NCBI GenBank assembly: GCA_015066955.1 | Contig: SVNJ01000001.1 | Span: 1-54,724 of the forward strand | Direction of reading: 5' to 3' | DNA length: 54,724 nucleotides | From: Ruminococcus sp. | Lineage (GTDB): Bacteria > Bacillota > Clostridia > Oscillospirales > Ruminococcaceae | Shown: positions 19,601 through 29,565 of the stretch, in pieces | Numbering within the stretch: position 1 is the stretch's first letter | Layout of the letters: each line of letters opens with the position of its first letter | Notes under the pieces: model-generated | Database searches by the model: none | The model's input: only the letters and a program-made list of their open reading frames with translations | What the model was told of the DNA's origin: nothing | Made by a program: the position numbers and the translations under genes

Positions 19601-19687
19601 TTGTTTTTCAGTTAATTATATATGTATCAGTGTCAACATACACAACTTGTCTCAAAAACGTCACAGTTCAATTGCTTTCGTAACATA

Positions 19688-19716
19688 AATATACCGTATT
19701 TTTCGTCTAAAGTCAA
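19688..19716 (-). promoter_or_regulatory. Sigma-A-type promoter of the sugar ABC operon
   Basis: TTGACT-17 bp-TATATT. Confidence 0.65.
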
Positions 19717-19873
19717 TGCTTAAAATCGTTCTTTAATCTTTTTTGGTCGGTTTATACAAATTTATACATCTGTTTTTGTTATTTGTCACAGTTTTTTCGC
19801 GTCATTTCCGAAATAGTTACAAAACGGTTAAAATTGATATTGTTATATTTTCACCAATTATTTCCTTAATTAT

Positions 19874-20740
19874 TTACTCCAATTCGCCAACCGTTACAAA
19901 TTCAAGCATTTCAGATACCTCTTTCTGCTCAAGTTCTTCTATAAGCAAAAGCTCATAAACGTGACTGAATCCGCCTATTTTCTCCCGCAGTTCGATTATC
20001 TGCTCAGCTATTTCCTCCTCCACGTACGGCAGCAGCATAAGCTCTTCCTTTTCTGCTTCGTTAAGGTCTATCGGTGCAATATTCTCCAATGTAATTTCGG
20101 TTTCAGTATGCGGTTCTGTTGTTGTTACTGTTTCTTCTTCGCTAATTGTTTCGGTTATTTCTTCGGAAATATCCTCAGTAGTTGTTATTTCTGTCGTTAT
20201 AGGTTCTGTCGCTTTCGATGAAGGTTCGGCTGTTTCTTCTGTTTTCTGTTCCGTTACTGGTTCGATTTCGTACACAGGATTTTCTACATATATGTAAGGC
20301 TCAATATCAGAAAAAACAACCTCGCCGATTCCGTCAACATTCATTATTTCTTCTATATTGCGGAATTCTCCGTTTGTCTTGCGGTATTCTATTATCCTCT
20401 CCGCAATAACCTCCCCTATTCCGTTAAGCTTTGTAAGCTCTTCAGCTGTGGCAGTGTTGATATTTAGCCACAAATCCTCTTCTTCCGTAATTGCTTCCGT
20501 TTTCGCTGTTTCTTCGTTTTCTTTGCTTTCCTCAGATAAAGGTTCCTTTTTGTCGGAAGCATTTTTATCATTTTTAACAGCTTTATCAGTGGCTGTCTCC
20601 GTAGTTTCTGTACTGCTCTCAATAGTTATAATCATCTGCTCACTGTTCTTATCCGGACTTTTCAGCACTAAATACAATGAAACTAAAAGCAGTGCAGAAA
20701 ATGCCGCAGCTATAACCTTTAAACCGCTTTTATCAGACAT
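19874..20740 (-). CDS. comEA: ComEA-like helix-hairpin-helix DNA-binding membrane protein
   Basis: N-terminal TM, LNINTATAEELTKLNGIGEVIAERII...IMNVDGIG, and a second HhH module IDLNEAEKEELMLLP. Confidence 0.8.
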   Translation of the reverse strand: MSDKSGLKVIAAAFSALLLVSLYLVLKSPDKNSEQMIITIESSTETTETATDKAVKNDKNASDKKEPLSEESKENEETAKTEAITEEEDLWLNINTATAEELTKLNGIGEVIAERIIEYRKTNGEFRNIEEIMNVDGIGEVVFSDIEPYIYVENPVYEIEPVTEQKTEETAEPSSKATEPITTEITTTEDISEEITETISEEETVTTTEPHTETEITLENIAPIDLNEAEKEELMLLPYVEEEIAEQIIELREKIGGFSHVYELLLIEELEQKEVSEMLEFVTVGELE

Positions 20741-20763
20741 TTTCCGCACCTGCCTTTTTGATT

Positions 20764-23700
20764 TTAATATTGTCCTGTAGATATCATTGCATAGTATGTG
20801 AGAATTCCCGACGCATCGGTTGAATCTATAAATTCGTCCTCATTATAGTCACAGCCGTAAAGCTGAGTATGAGTCATTTCGGGAGTATTACCCGTACTTA
20901 CCGCCGCATAGTACGCAAGTACCGAAGAAGCGTCTGTAGAGTCAATGCTTCCGTCAGCATCCACATCACCTCTCATTTTATATGCAAGCTCAGTAAACCT
21001 CATACATGATGCAAATGCATCGTCAAGCGAGTAATAACGTACTGCTATTTCGACGCTCTCTGTGCCATTTTTCTCATAATCAAAAGCTGCATCCCACTCG
21101 ACTGCCATCGCTTTACGGAGTTCTTCCTCGTCGTTAACATTGTAACGTTTTTTCATAAGCTCGGTAAATTCAGCTGTTTCATAGCCGAAATCCGCAGCAG
21201 CTGTGTCAAGTTCATTCCTTGTTACAGCTTCATGTACAATTCCGAATTCAAGAATATCGCTGTATTCCACTTCATAATATTCGTCGGAAACTGTATACTC
21301 AGGCTCTTCAGTCGGTGCAGTTCCTGCTTCCTTTATATTAAATGTTTCAGGAATACTTGCAAATTTTCCTTCACCTGCAGCAATTTTAATGGTTACGATC
21401 TCGCCGGGAATTATTCTGAACGCCTTGTTCATTACCATTCCTGAAGTTATGTTCTGTCCGTCAATGTAACGCTTTTCAGCAGGAATATAGTCCTCGTCAG
21501 TAGGATCTGACTTGACAGCATACACCACATTATTCGCTATATCATTTGAAATGAAATTGAGCGTCTCATTGAGGTAATCTACTTCAAGCTCAGGAAGCAC
21601 TGCTCTTTCGGGTACTGTAACCTCAACATTTACACCCATACATTTAGCAGTCAGAATCTGTCCTGCGTAGTCAGATACGGACTCACCGTCATAAAAGCTG
21701 TGCCCGTCTGCCGCAGTAAGCGAGCTTGCATCGTTAAGACTTACAGTTTCATTTTCAAGGTCAAAGCTTATCAATTCACGAAAAACCTTTACAGTAACGG
21801 TAGAAGCAAGCTTATTTTCCTGTTCAAGTTCAAAGGTGAATATGTTTTCACCTGTTTTTAGCACTGAATCAGCAGTAAAAGTATTTGCTTCAATCAGTTC
21901 ACCGTTGAAGTAAACATCTGCCGCTGAAAACGGAAGAAAGCTGATGCTTTCCTCTATTCCGCCAAGAATTATTTCATAAGTATTTTCATCTATTTTTTTT
22001 GCATACTGAGCATCATAGCTTGAGCTTGAACCCGTCTTTACTGAATACATAAGGTCATTAAGCTCCGCTTTTGCGGGTATATAGGTCTTTTCGGTATATG
22101 TAGCATTATCTGTTGTTGCTGAAATAACGGTTTCTTCAGTAATTTCAATGGGTGCTTCGTAAATGGTGTACTCTCCGCCATTGATTGATACGTAAATGTC
22201 ACTGCCGTCCTTCACACTCAGTTCAACCTTTTCATCGGAGGGAACATTTCCCTCTATATGAGAAAAATCAACCGTATTCACAGGATTACCGAAGGCTTTA
22301 AGCGACATATTTCCCATAAGCACCTTAAGCTGTGTGCCGACTGCCATTTCCTCAATTTTAGCTATTTCCTCATCTGTGATAAGTCCCGTATATTCCTCAA
22401 TGAGAGCATCAAAATATGCCTGTGTTTCTTCCTCTGTGTAAAGGTAATTTTCTGAGGTTACGTCTATCCACTCTGTACCGTTTTCACTATAGAAGCTTTC
22501 ATTTTCTGCAGTAAACTCGCAAATCTGGTCATAGGAAATAAAACCGTTAAGCGTATCGTCTACCATTTCGCCGTCCTTTTCAAGAACCATGCAGGTTTCA
22601 AGGGGAAGTACAAATTTGGTGTCCTCACAGTAAAGTTTTACAACAACCGCAAAGCTCTCACCCTCTTCAACTACCACATTTTCATCAAGCTCAATTGTAA
22701 TATATCCTGTAAGGTCAGAGGTACCCTTCGTTACCGCAGAAGCAGTGCCCGATGATGGGTCTGACATATCCTTTATATCGGTATATACCGTAATCTCGTA
22801 GTCTGTGGCGGGATTGTTTATGTAGGTTGATACCGCCTCAATCTGCTGTGTTTCCTCCGCAGTGAAAACGTTTGCCATGTACGACGGCTGATTTATATCA
22901 AGATCATCGTCAGCAGACATGGTCTGTGTTGGAATAAAGCTGTCATGCTGATAATTGGTGGCATAATTGGTGTTTTCGTCAAGCTCAAATACACCGAATT
23001 CACAAAGCGACGTATCGTCATAGGATATCCAGAAGTAGCCGTTATCGCCGAAATGAGTACCCCAGCTGTTCTTCACAAGCCATGCACCTATGTTTCCAGC
23101 GAAATGTGAAGCAGTAAAATTATCGTCCCAGCCTACGATTGTTACGGAATGATTTGCAAGTCTCGGGTCGGTATAGGAATGGGTCGCATTTGAACTGGAG
23201 CTGTAGCCTTTGGTTGAATAAGAAACGTCTACTGCATGTCCATCATAAAGAAACTGCTTGACAAGATTTTTTATAGTGTCCCTGTTTGTGCCGTCCTCGT
23301 TGAAGTCGAAAAGATACGCATTTTCAAGATGATAATCAGCCATTTCGTAAAAACCCGCCGCATACTCATCATCCAAAAAAAGATTGATGTCGGGATGTGC
23401 AAGCTTGTCCTCGCTGATTGGTCCTTTCCACTGCGACCACAGATTCGTTACGATAAAGACAGTTCCGCCTGCGTCCATAAGCTCATTGGACGTCATATCG
23501 GTACTTGCAATCTGTACCCTCTCTTCGCCGTAGTACGGATAAAAAGCAGTATGCATCTCAGAAAGGTTAATTGACGGAATATACTTCATAAGGCTTGTTT
23601 CCGCACTTGCCGCAGACGCAAAGGTCCAGCATGTACCAAAGGGATTCTGATTCTTCATTGATGTGCCAAAACCTGCATCAAGAAGGTCAAAAGACTCGGG

Positions 23701-23982
23701 AAGAATTGTTTCAGTTTCCGATATACTTACATTTTCCTCAATTGCGCCATAACCTGCTACAGGTGAAAGGTCACCTACACCCTCAACGTCTTGTCCTATA
23801 AGGCTCTTGAAATTCGGTATCGCATAGGAAACCGACGCTTCACAGGAAGCAGAAAGTCTGTCCGCTGAAATAACCTCCGAGCTGAATGCGGCAAAGCTTC
23901 CTTCGGGATAAGCAGACGCCGTACCCGTTACAATCATCAATGCCGCCGATGCGGAAATTATTCGTCTTAAGTTTTTATTCAT
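20764..23982 (-). CDS. Secreted papain-family (C1A) cysteine peptidase with lectin-like domain and C-terminal dockerin
   Basis: Signal peptide; catalytic motifs QNPFGTCWTFA, NHSVTIVGWDD and KNSWG; duplicated dockerin repeats GDVDADGSIDSTDAS and DYNEDEFIDSTDAS. Confidence 0.9.
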   Translation of the reverse strand: MNKNLRRIISASAALMIVTGTASAYPEGSFAAFSSEVISADRLSASCEASVSYAIPNFKSLIGQDVEGVGDLSPVAGYGAIEENVSISETETILPESFDLLDAGFGTSMKNQNPFGTCWTFASAASAETSLMKYIPSINLSEMHTAFYPYYGEERVQIASTDMTSNELMDAGGTVFIVTNLWSQWKGPISEDKLAHPDINLFLDDEYAAGFYEMADYHLENAYLFDFNEDGTNRDTIKNLVKQFLYDGHAVDVSYSTKGYSSSSNATHSYTDPRLANHSVTIVGWDDNFTASHFAGNIGAWLVKNSWGTHFGDNGYFWISYDDTSLCEFGVFELDENTNYATNYQHDSFIPTQTMSADDDLDINQPSYMANVFTAEETQQIEAVSTYINNPATDYEITVYTDIKDMSDPSSGTASAVTKGTSDLTGYITIELDENVVVEEGESFAVVVKLYCEDTKFVLPLETCMVLEKDGEMVDDTLNGFISYDQICEFTAENESFYSENGTEWIDVTSENYLYTEEETQAYFDALIEEYTGLITDEEIAKIEEMAVGTQLKVLMGNMSLKAFGNPVNTVDFSHIEGNVPSDEKVELSVKDGSDIYVSINGGEYTIYEAPIEITEETVISATTDNATYTEKTYIPAKAELNDLMYSVKTGSSSSYDAQYAKKIDENTYEIILGGIEESISFLPFSAADVYFNGELIEANTFTADSVLKTGENIFTFELEQENKLASTVTVKVFRELISFDLENETVSLNDASSLTAADGHSFYDGESVSDYAGQILTAKCMGVNVEVTVPERAVLPELEVDYLNETLNFISNDIANNVVYAVKSDPTDEDYIPAEKRYIDGQNITSGMVMNKAFRIIPGEIVTIKIAAGEGKFASIPETFNIKEAGTAPTEEPEYTVSDEYYEVEYSDILEFGIVHEAVTRNELDTAAADFGYETAEFTELMKKRYNVNDEEELRKAMAVEWDAAFDYEKNGTESVEIAVRYYSLDDAFASCMRFTELAYKMRGDVDADGSIDSTDASSVLAYYAAVSTGNTPEMTHTQLYGCDYNEDEFIDSTDASGILTYYAMISTGQY

Positions 23983-24032
23983 GATATTCCTCCGTGATAT
24001 TATTCGGATAAGTAATCTTTTTCTATCTTTTT

Positions 24033-24061
24033 ATTATACCACACAGGAAATTATTTGTAAA
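24033..24061 (-). promoter_or_regulatory. Sigma-A-type promoter of peptidase-comEA
   Basis: TTTACA-17 bp-TATAAT with TG extension. Confidence 0.65.
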
Positions 24062-24140
24062 CGAAAAACATTCAATCGTTCATCATAAAAATCTCAATTT
24101 GTAATAAACGTAAAATATCAATCACAGGTTTTGGACATTA

Positions 24141-25550
24141 TTACCCTCTCTCGCTGAGATAAAGTGATATTCTGTTTTCAAGCATATCAGCCGCTTCTTC
24201 AGGTGATTTCTCACCGTTGATTACTGCAAGATATTCCTCTCTCGCAATGTGTATAAGCTGTGTATCGAAATACGGATTAATCTCCACGCTCATAATATAG
24301 TCCTTAATTGCCTGCTTGCTCTTTTCGTCAATCTGTGAAAGTACCTCTCCGTCAAGTGTCTGTGCAAACGGTGCATTAATGGAACTGCTGTCCCACTTGT
24401 TATACTCCATTGCACTGTCAATCACACTTTCAATTACGGGAATTCCATGCATTTTCACAGTTTCACTCAACAGATAGCCTTCATTGAAAAATTCGCAGAT
24501 AAACTCCCATGCACCGTCCTTGCAGTCGCTGTTTTCAAGAATTGCATACATCTGCATAGTTTCCGTATCAGTCACCGCACCGCAGCCGTCTGTATTCGGA
24601 TAACCGACATAAGTTATGTCAGCACCGCCGAAATCATCATAAATCTGCTGACCGACGTGAGCGTTGATTCCGCTGATGTTAATTTCACTCAATAGTGCAG
24701 TCCCCTTTTTTAGTCCGTCTGCCTCCCGCTCATATACTTCAAGTTGTTCTGTTTCGGTCATTTCACTGATATTACGTTCAATATTATGTGCATCAAGAAA
24801 ATTAAAGGCATCAAGAAATGCACTGTGAAAATCACAGGTATTATTTTCAAAATCAACGCTGTCACGTATTATTTTATAAAGCATAAAATTAGGAATGTCT
24901 GTTTTTGTATGCTGTATATTAAGAATCTGCGTATTTTCAGGCAGAGTTTCACATATTAGCGACATTTCATCCAATGTCCAGTTTTCGTACTCCTTGCCTA
25001 CAAACTCTGTTTTAGCTGCAGCAGTCCTCAATTCAAAGGTGCTTGCTATCACAGGAAGCTTTCCGTCACGCTCAAAGCCTTCAAGAACATTCGGCAGAAA
25101 AGCATCACGAGGTACACTGCCTGCATCCATAAGCGGATATAAATCGGTGAAATAGCCGTCGTCAACAATGGACATGATGAAATTTCCGTCACTTACTATT
25201 ATATCAGGACAATCACCGCTTATCATGTCCCTTTGAAGCGTCTCCCTTGCAAGAGCATCGATATCCTCGCCGTCGTCCGCTTCTGTTTCTGCGTTTTCAA
25301 GATAATTCACAAAATCAACAGTATACTTATCCGTTTCAAAACCCTTCGCCTTATTAAGGAATTCACCGCGCTGTGTTGCAATGTTTGCAACCTTGATAAC
25401 AGCCTTTTCCGAAGATGAGGATTCAGAAGATTCTGAGCGTTCCTGACTGTCGCTGATTTCTTCGTTTTCAGTCTTTCCGCAAGATACTGCTCCGAACATA
25501 AGAGTTACAGCTGCAGTAAACGCTGTGATTTTTCTTATTTTGTCTTTCAT
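24141..25550 (-). CDS. Orphan extracellular solute-binding lipoprotein (ABC SBP family 1-like)
   Basis: Lipobox AVSC, PDII, FTDLYPL, KDGAWEFI and C-terminal SPEEAADMLENRISLYLSE; no adjacent permease. Confidence 0.8.
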   Translation of the reverse strand: MKDKIRKITAFTAAVTLMFGAVSCGKTENEEISDSQERSESSESSSSEKAVIKVANIATQRGEFLNKAKGFETDKYTVDFVNYLENAETEADDGEDIDALARETLQRDMISGDCPDIIVSDGNFIMSIVDDGYFTDLYPLMDAGSVPRDAFLPNVLEGFERDGKLPVIASTFELRTAAAKTEFVGKEYENWTLDEMSLICETLPENTQILNIQHTKTDIPNFMLYKIIRDSVDFENNTCDFHSAFLDAFNFLDAHNIERNISEMTETEQLEVYEREADGLKKGTALLSEINISGINAHVGQQIYDDFGGADITYVGYPNTDGCGAVTDTETMQMYAILENSDCKDGAWEFICEFFNEGYLLSETVKMHGIPVIESVIDSAMEYNKWDSSSINAPFAQTLDGEVLSQIDEKSKQAIKDYIMSVEINPYFDTQLIHIAREEYLAVINGEKSPEEAADMLENRISLYLSERG

Positions 25551-25678
25551 AATAATTCTCCTTCCGTCTTTTTACCTTTACTTTATCCCGTCAGAAAAAA
25601 TTTTTTGACGGGTTCTATATATAAGTGTCATTAAAAGGCAAAAAAGACGAAGGTCAGAAATATTTTTTTATTTAAACT

Positions 25679-25703
25679 AAAAGGAGCACCCGAAAGTGCT
25701 CCT
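25679..25703 (-). terminator. Intrinsic terminator after glgA
   Basis: AGGAGCAC-TTTCGG-GTGCTCCT followed by a short T run. Confidence 0.75.
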
Positions 25704-25709
25704 GAATCT

Positions 25710-27131
25710 TTATTCTGCTGTAAGCTCCTTGTACATCTTTATGTACAAATCAGCCGATGCAAACCAGCTGTAATCGCATTCCATTGCACGCTTTACAAGG
25801 TCTGCCCATTCTTTTCTATCACTGTAATCACGCTTTGCACGCTTAACAGCATCAAGCATATCATTAGCATTGTACGTTTTGAAGGTGAAGCCGTTGCCGT
25901 TTTCGCCTCCGTTATCACGTACAGAATCTCTGAGTCCGCCTGTTTCACGTACAATCGGAATTGTACCGTATCTCATGGACATCATCTGTGCAAGTCCGCA
26001 AGGCTCGCTCTGTGAAGGCATGAGGAACATATCTGCTCCCGCATAAATCTTTCTCGAAAGCTCAGGAACAAATCCAAGCGTTACCGATACACGTCCGGGA
26101 TATCTTGCCGCCATTTCACGGAAGAATTCCTCGTATACCCATTCACCGCTTCCGAGTATCGCAAACTTGACTCCAAGACCGACCATTTCCTCGAATACAC
26201 AGCGGATAAGGTCGATACCCTTATGAGATACAAAACGGGTAACTATGCCGATAACAGGGTCATCTCCGTCATCAAGTCCAAGCTCGGACAAAAGTACCTG
26301 CTTGCACTTAGCCTTACCATCGGAATTATCAGCGTTAAAGTTTTCGGGAATAAGCTCATCCGTCTCGGGATTGTACTTATTAATATCAATACCATTAAGT
26401 ATCCCCTTAAGCTTGTGCTGCTTTGTAACGAGAATTCTGTCAAGTCCGTGTGCATACCAAGGGTCAAGAATCTCCCACGCATAACTAGGACTTACCGTTG
26501 TAATCATATCGGCAGTCTCAAAGGCACCCTTCATCATATTGATGTAGCCGTCATATTCAAGCAGATTCGCATGATACATGGGAATGCCCATAAGCTCATT
26601 GAGAACCTCTTTACCGTAGCGTCCCTGATACTCGATATTATGAACGGTAAATACCGTCTTTATATTATCGTAGCCCTGCTGATATTTGTAGTATACATTA
26701 TAGTAAACAGGAATAAGAGCAGTCTGCCAGTCATTTGCATTGATTACATCAGGCTTGAAGTCGATATATCTGAGCATTTCAAGAACTGCACGGGAAAAGA
26801 ATACAAATCTTTCACAGTCGTCGTAAAAACCGTAAAGACCTTCACGGGCAAAATAGTACTCGTTATCAATAAAGTAGTATGTAATTCCGTTGTGTACAGC
26901 TGTAAAAATTCCGCAATACTGCTTTCTCCATGAAACGTCTACGGTAATATTCGTGAGAAATGTCATTTCATCACGAAGCTCCAGACGTATGGCCTTATAC
27001 AGCGGTATTACTATTCTGCAGTCATTTCCCTTACTGTTTATTGCCTCAGGAAGAGAGCCTGCAACATCCGCAAGTCCGCCTGTAGCTGCATAAGGAACAG
27101 CCTCACTTGCGGCAAATAAGATATTCATCAA
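25710..27131 (-). CDS. glgA: Glycogen synthase
   Basis: TGGLADV, NDWQT, TVHNIEYQG, MPSQSEPCGLAQM and TGGLRDSV motifs. Confidence 0.96.
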   Translation of the reverse strand: MMNILFAASEAVPYAATGGLADVAGSLPEAINSKGNDCRIVIPLYKAIRLELRDEMTFLTNITVDVSWRKQYCGIFTAVHNGITYYFIDNEYYFAREGLYGFYDDCERFVFFSRAVLEMLRYIDFKPDVINANDWQTALIPVYYNVYYKYQQGYDNIKTVFTVHNIEYQGRYGKEVLNELMGIPMYHANLLEYDGYINMMKGAFETADMITTVSPSYAWEILDPWYAHGLDRILVTKQHKLKGILNGIDINKYNPETDELIPENFNADNSDGKAKCKQVLLSELGLDDGDDPVIGIVTRFVSHKGIDLIRCVFEEMVGLGVKFAILGSGEWVYEEFFREMAARYPGRVSVTLGFVPELSRKIYAGADMFLMPSQSEPCGLAQMMSMRYGTIPIVRETGGLRDSVRDNGGENGNGFTFKTYNANDMLDAVKRAKRDYSDRKEWADLVKRAMECDYSWFASADLYIKMYKELTAE

Positions 27132-27146
27132 TTAAATCACCGCCGT

Positions 27147-28268
27147 TTATATTCTGCCGTTCTTTCCGATGTAAAGAGGATATGTCTCAGAACCTGTAAG
27201 CACCTTTTCATCACTGATTTCTACGTTTTTATCAGTAATAATCGAAGTAATGTCGCACTTGTTTCCGATTTTTGTGCCCTGAAGAAGAACACAGTTCTTT
27301 ACAACGGCACCCTTTCCTACCTTTACGCCTCTGAAAAGAATAGAGTTTTCAACAGTACCCTCAATCACACAGCCGTCAGCAATAAGTGAGTTGCTGATAT
27401 TTGATTCAAGGCCGTATTTTGCGGGACCGTTGTCGCCGATTTTTGTGTAAATCGGGAAATCCTTTGAGAAAAGTGCGTTTCTCTTTTCGCTTTCAAGAAG
27501 CATTGAATTTGCCTTGTAGTAGCTCTGTACGCTGTCAATTCTTGTGAAGAAGTCCTTGTGCTCATAGCCCATAATCTTGTACTCAGACTTTTTGCCCTGA
27601 AGAATCTCTCTTGTGAAGCTGTACAGATTGCGGCTTGCAGCATCAGATACAATCTTCTTGAGGAAATCCTTGCTGATGATGAACATTTCAAGCCACATAT
27701 TGCACTCGCCTGAAAACTGAGGGTCAACAAGAACGTCCTTGAGACGGTTCTCAGCGTCAAATTCAAGCATTGTTGCACCGTGACTTACTTCGCTGTCATA
27801 TTTGCTCTTACTATAAATAAGTGTAATATCAGCTTCATTTGCAATGTGCTGCTTGAGTACAGGATTGAAGTCAATTGTTGTTACGATATCACAGTTTGAA
27901 AGAATTACATACTTTGCCTTTGAATGCTCAACAAAGCTCCAGATATTGTTGAGTGCGTCAAGACGTCCTCTGTAGATACCGCCTGTCTGACTGTAAGGCG
28001 GAAGAAGATGAAGTCCGCCCTTTTTACGGGATAAATCCCACTCACGTCCTGAGCCAAGATGGTCAAGAAGTGAGCCGTAGTTTGATTTTGTTATTACTCC
28101 CACCTCCGGAATTCCCGAATTAACGAGATTTGAAAGGGGGAAATCTATAAGTCTGTAACGTCCGCCGAAAGGAAGCGAACCCATTGTTCTCTGCTTTGTA
28201 AGCTCTGCAACCGATGAATCGTGCATACTTGCAAATATTAATCCCAGTACATTGTAATTTAAACTCAT
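27147..28268 (-). CDS. glgD: Glucose-1-phosphate adenylyltransferase subunit GlgD
   Basis: [16 protein letters not shown] and HLGSGREWDL; lacks the GlgC LAGG motif; lies between glgC and glgA. Confidence 0.93.
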   Translation of the reverse strand: MSLNYNVLGLIFASMHDSSVAELTKQRTMGSLPFGGRYRLIDFPLSNLVNSGIPEVGVITKSNYGSLLDHLGSGREWDLSRKKGGLHLLPPYSQTGGIYRGRLDALNNIWSFVEHSKAKYVILSNCDIVTTIDFNPVLKQHIANEADITLIYSKSKYDSEVSHGATMLEFDAENRLKDVLVDPQFSGECNMWLEMFIISKDFLKKIVSDAASRNLYSFTREILQGKKSEYKIMGYEHKDFFTRIDSVQSYYKANSMLLESEKRNALFSKDFPIYTKIGDNGPAKYGLESNISNSLIADGCVIEGTVENSILFRGVKVGKGAVVKNCVLLQGTKIGNKCDITSIITDKNVEISDEKVLTGSETYPLYIGKNGRI

Positions 28269-28281
28269 AATGAAGTCCTCC

Positions 28282-29508
28282 TTAGATATTCTCGCCGATA
28301 ATCTGCTTCGGCTCTACTACCTTGTTTTCCGAAACAGTTACATTATGTCCGACAACCGCAATTCCCCAGTCGTCTCTGTTAGCGATATTCTCGGGACTTG
28401 TACCGATTTTTGCACCGCTTTCAATTACACAATCCTCACCTACAATGGCATACTCAACAACCGCACCCGATTTGATTACAGTGCCCGGCATGAGTATACT
28501 GTAGTTTACAGTTGCACCCTCTTCAATTGTTACTCCTGAGAATACGATTGAGAAGTCAACTGTACCGTCGATGCTGCTGCCCTCTGAAATCATTGAGTTC
28601 TCGATGTTAGCATTGAAGCCGATATACTGTGGTGCCATATTGCTGTTGCGTGAATAAATCTTCCAGTTACGGTCATAAAGGTCAAGCGGTACACTTGGGC
28701 TGAGAAGGTCCATATTTGCCTCCCAGAGAGAATCAAGTGTTCCTACGTCCTTCCAGTAGCCTTCAAACTCGTAAGCGAAAAGACGCTGATTATCACGAAG
28801 CATGGATGTAATAATATCCTTGCCGAAATCCTTTGACCAAGGCTCACCCTTTTCACGCTTTGCATTTGCGTCGTTTTCATTTTCGATGAGGTATTTGCGG
28901 AGCTTATCCCAGCTGAATACATAGATACCCATTGATGCGAGTGTTGACTTAGGCTCCTTCGGCTTTTCAACGAAGTCAGTAACCTTGTTGTTCTCGTCAC
29001 AAATCATGATACCGAAACGTGAAGCCTCAGCTCTCGGTACGTCAATTACGGAAATAGTACAGTCAGCCTCATTGGCAATATGGAAATCAACCATCTTTGA
29101 GTAGTCCATCTTATAGATATGATCACCGCCGAGAACGATAACGTATTCAGGGTCATACCTCTCAATGAAACGCATATTCTGATAGATAGCATTTGCAGTA
29201 CCCTCATACCATGAAGCACCCGACTGTGTTTCATAAGGCGGAAGAACATGAACTCCGCCGTTCATTTTATCAAGGTCCCAGGGCTGTCCGTTGCCTATAT
29301 AATCATTGAGAACGAGAGGCTGATACTGTGTCAGTACTCCGACAGTATCAATTCCCGAGTTAGTACAGTTTGAAAGCGGGAAATCAATAAGACGATACTT
29401 TCCGCCGTAAGGAACAGCCGGCTTTGCAACGTTTTTTGTCAGTGCGTAGAGTCTGCTTCCCTGACCGCCTGCAAGAAGCATTGCAACGCATTTCTTTTTT
29501 ATATACAT
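28282..29508 (-). CDS. glgC: Glucose-1-phosphate adenylyltransferase
   Basis: [28 protein letters not shown] and YWKDVGT; ATG at 29508 follows AGGAGG. Confidence 0.96.
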   Translation of the reverse strand: MYIKKKCVAMLLAGGQGSRLYALTKNVAKPAVPYGGKYRLIDFPLSNCTNSGIDTVGVLTQYQPLVLNDYIGNGQPWDLDKMNGGVHVLPPYETQSGASWYEGTANAIYQNMRFIERYDPEYVIVLGGDHIYKMDYSKMVDFHIANEADCTISVIDVPRAEASRFGIMICDENNKVTDFVEKPKEPKSTLASMGIYVFSWDKLRKYLIENENDANAKREKGEPWSKDFGKDIITSMLRDNQRLFAYEFEGYWKDVGTLDSLWEANMDLLSPSVPLDLYDRNWKIYSRNSNMAPQYIGFNANIENSMISEGSSIDGTVDFSIVFSGVTIEEGATVNYSILMPGTVIKSGAVVEYAIVGEDCVIESGAKIGTSPENIANRDDWGIAVVGHNVTVSENKVVEPKQIIGENI

Positions 29509-29565
29509 AGTATTCCTCCTAAAGTGTGTAGTGGTATGTGTCACGGAATCTTTTATTCCGGTTAT

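Noticed and set aside
19353-19688. 111-aa plus-strand ORF across the ABC leader
   Set aside because: No RBS, atypical composition and antisense to the leader; the region is better explained as structured RNA.
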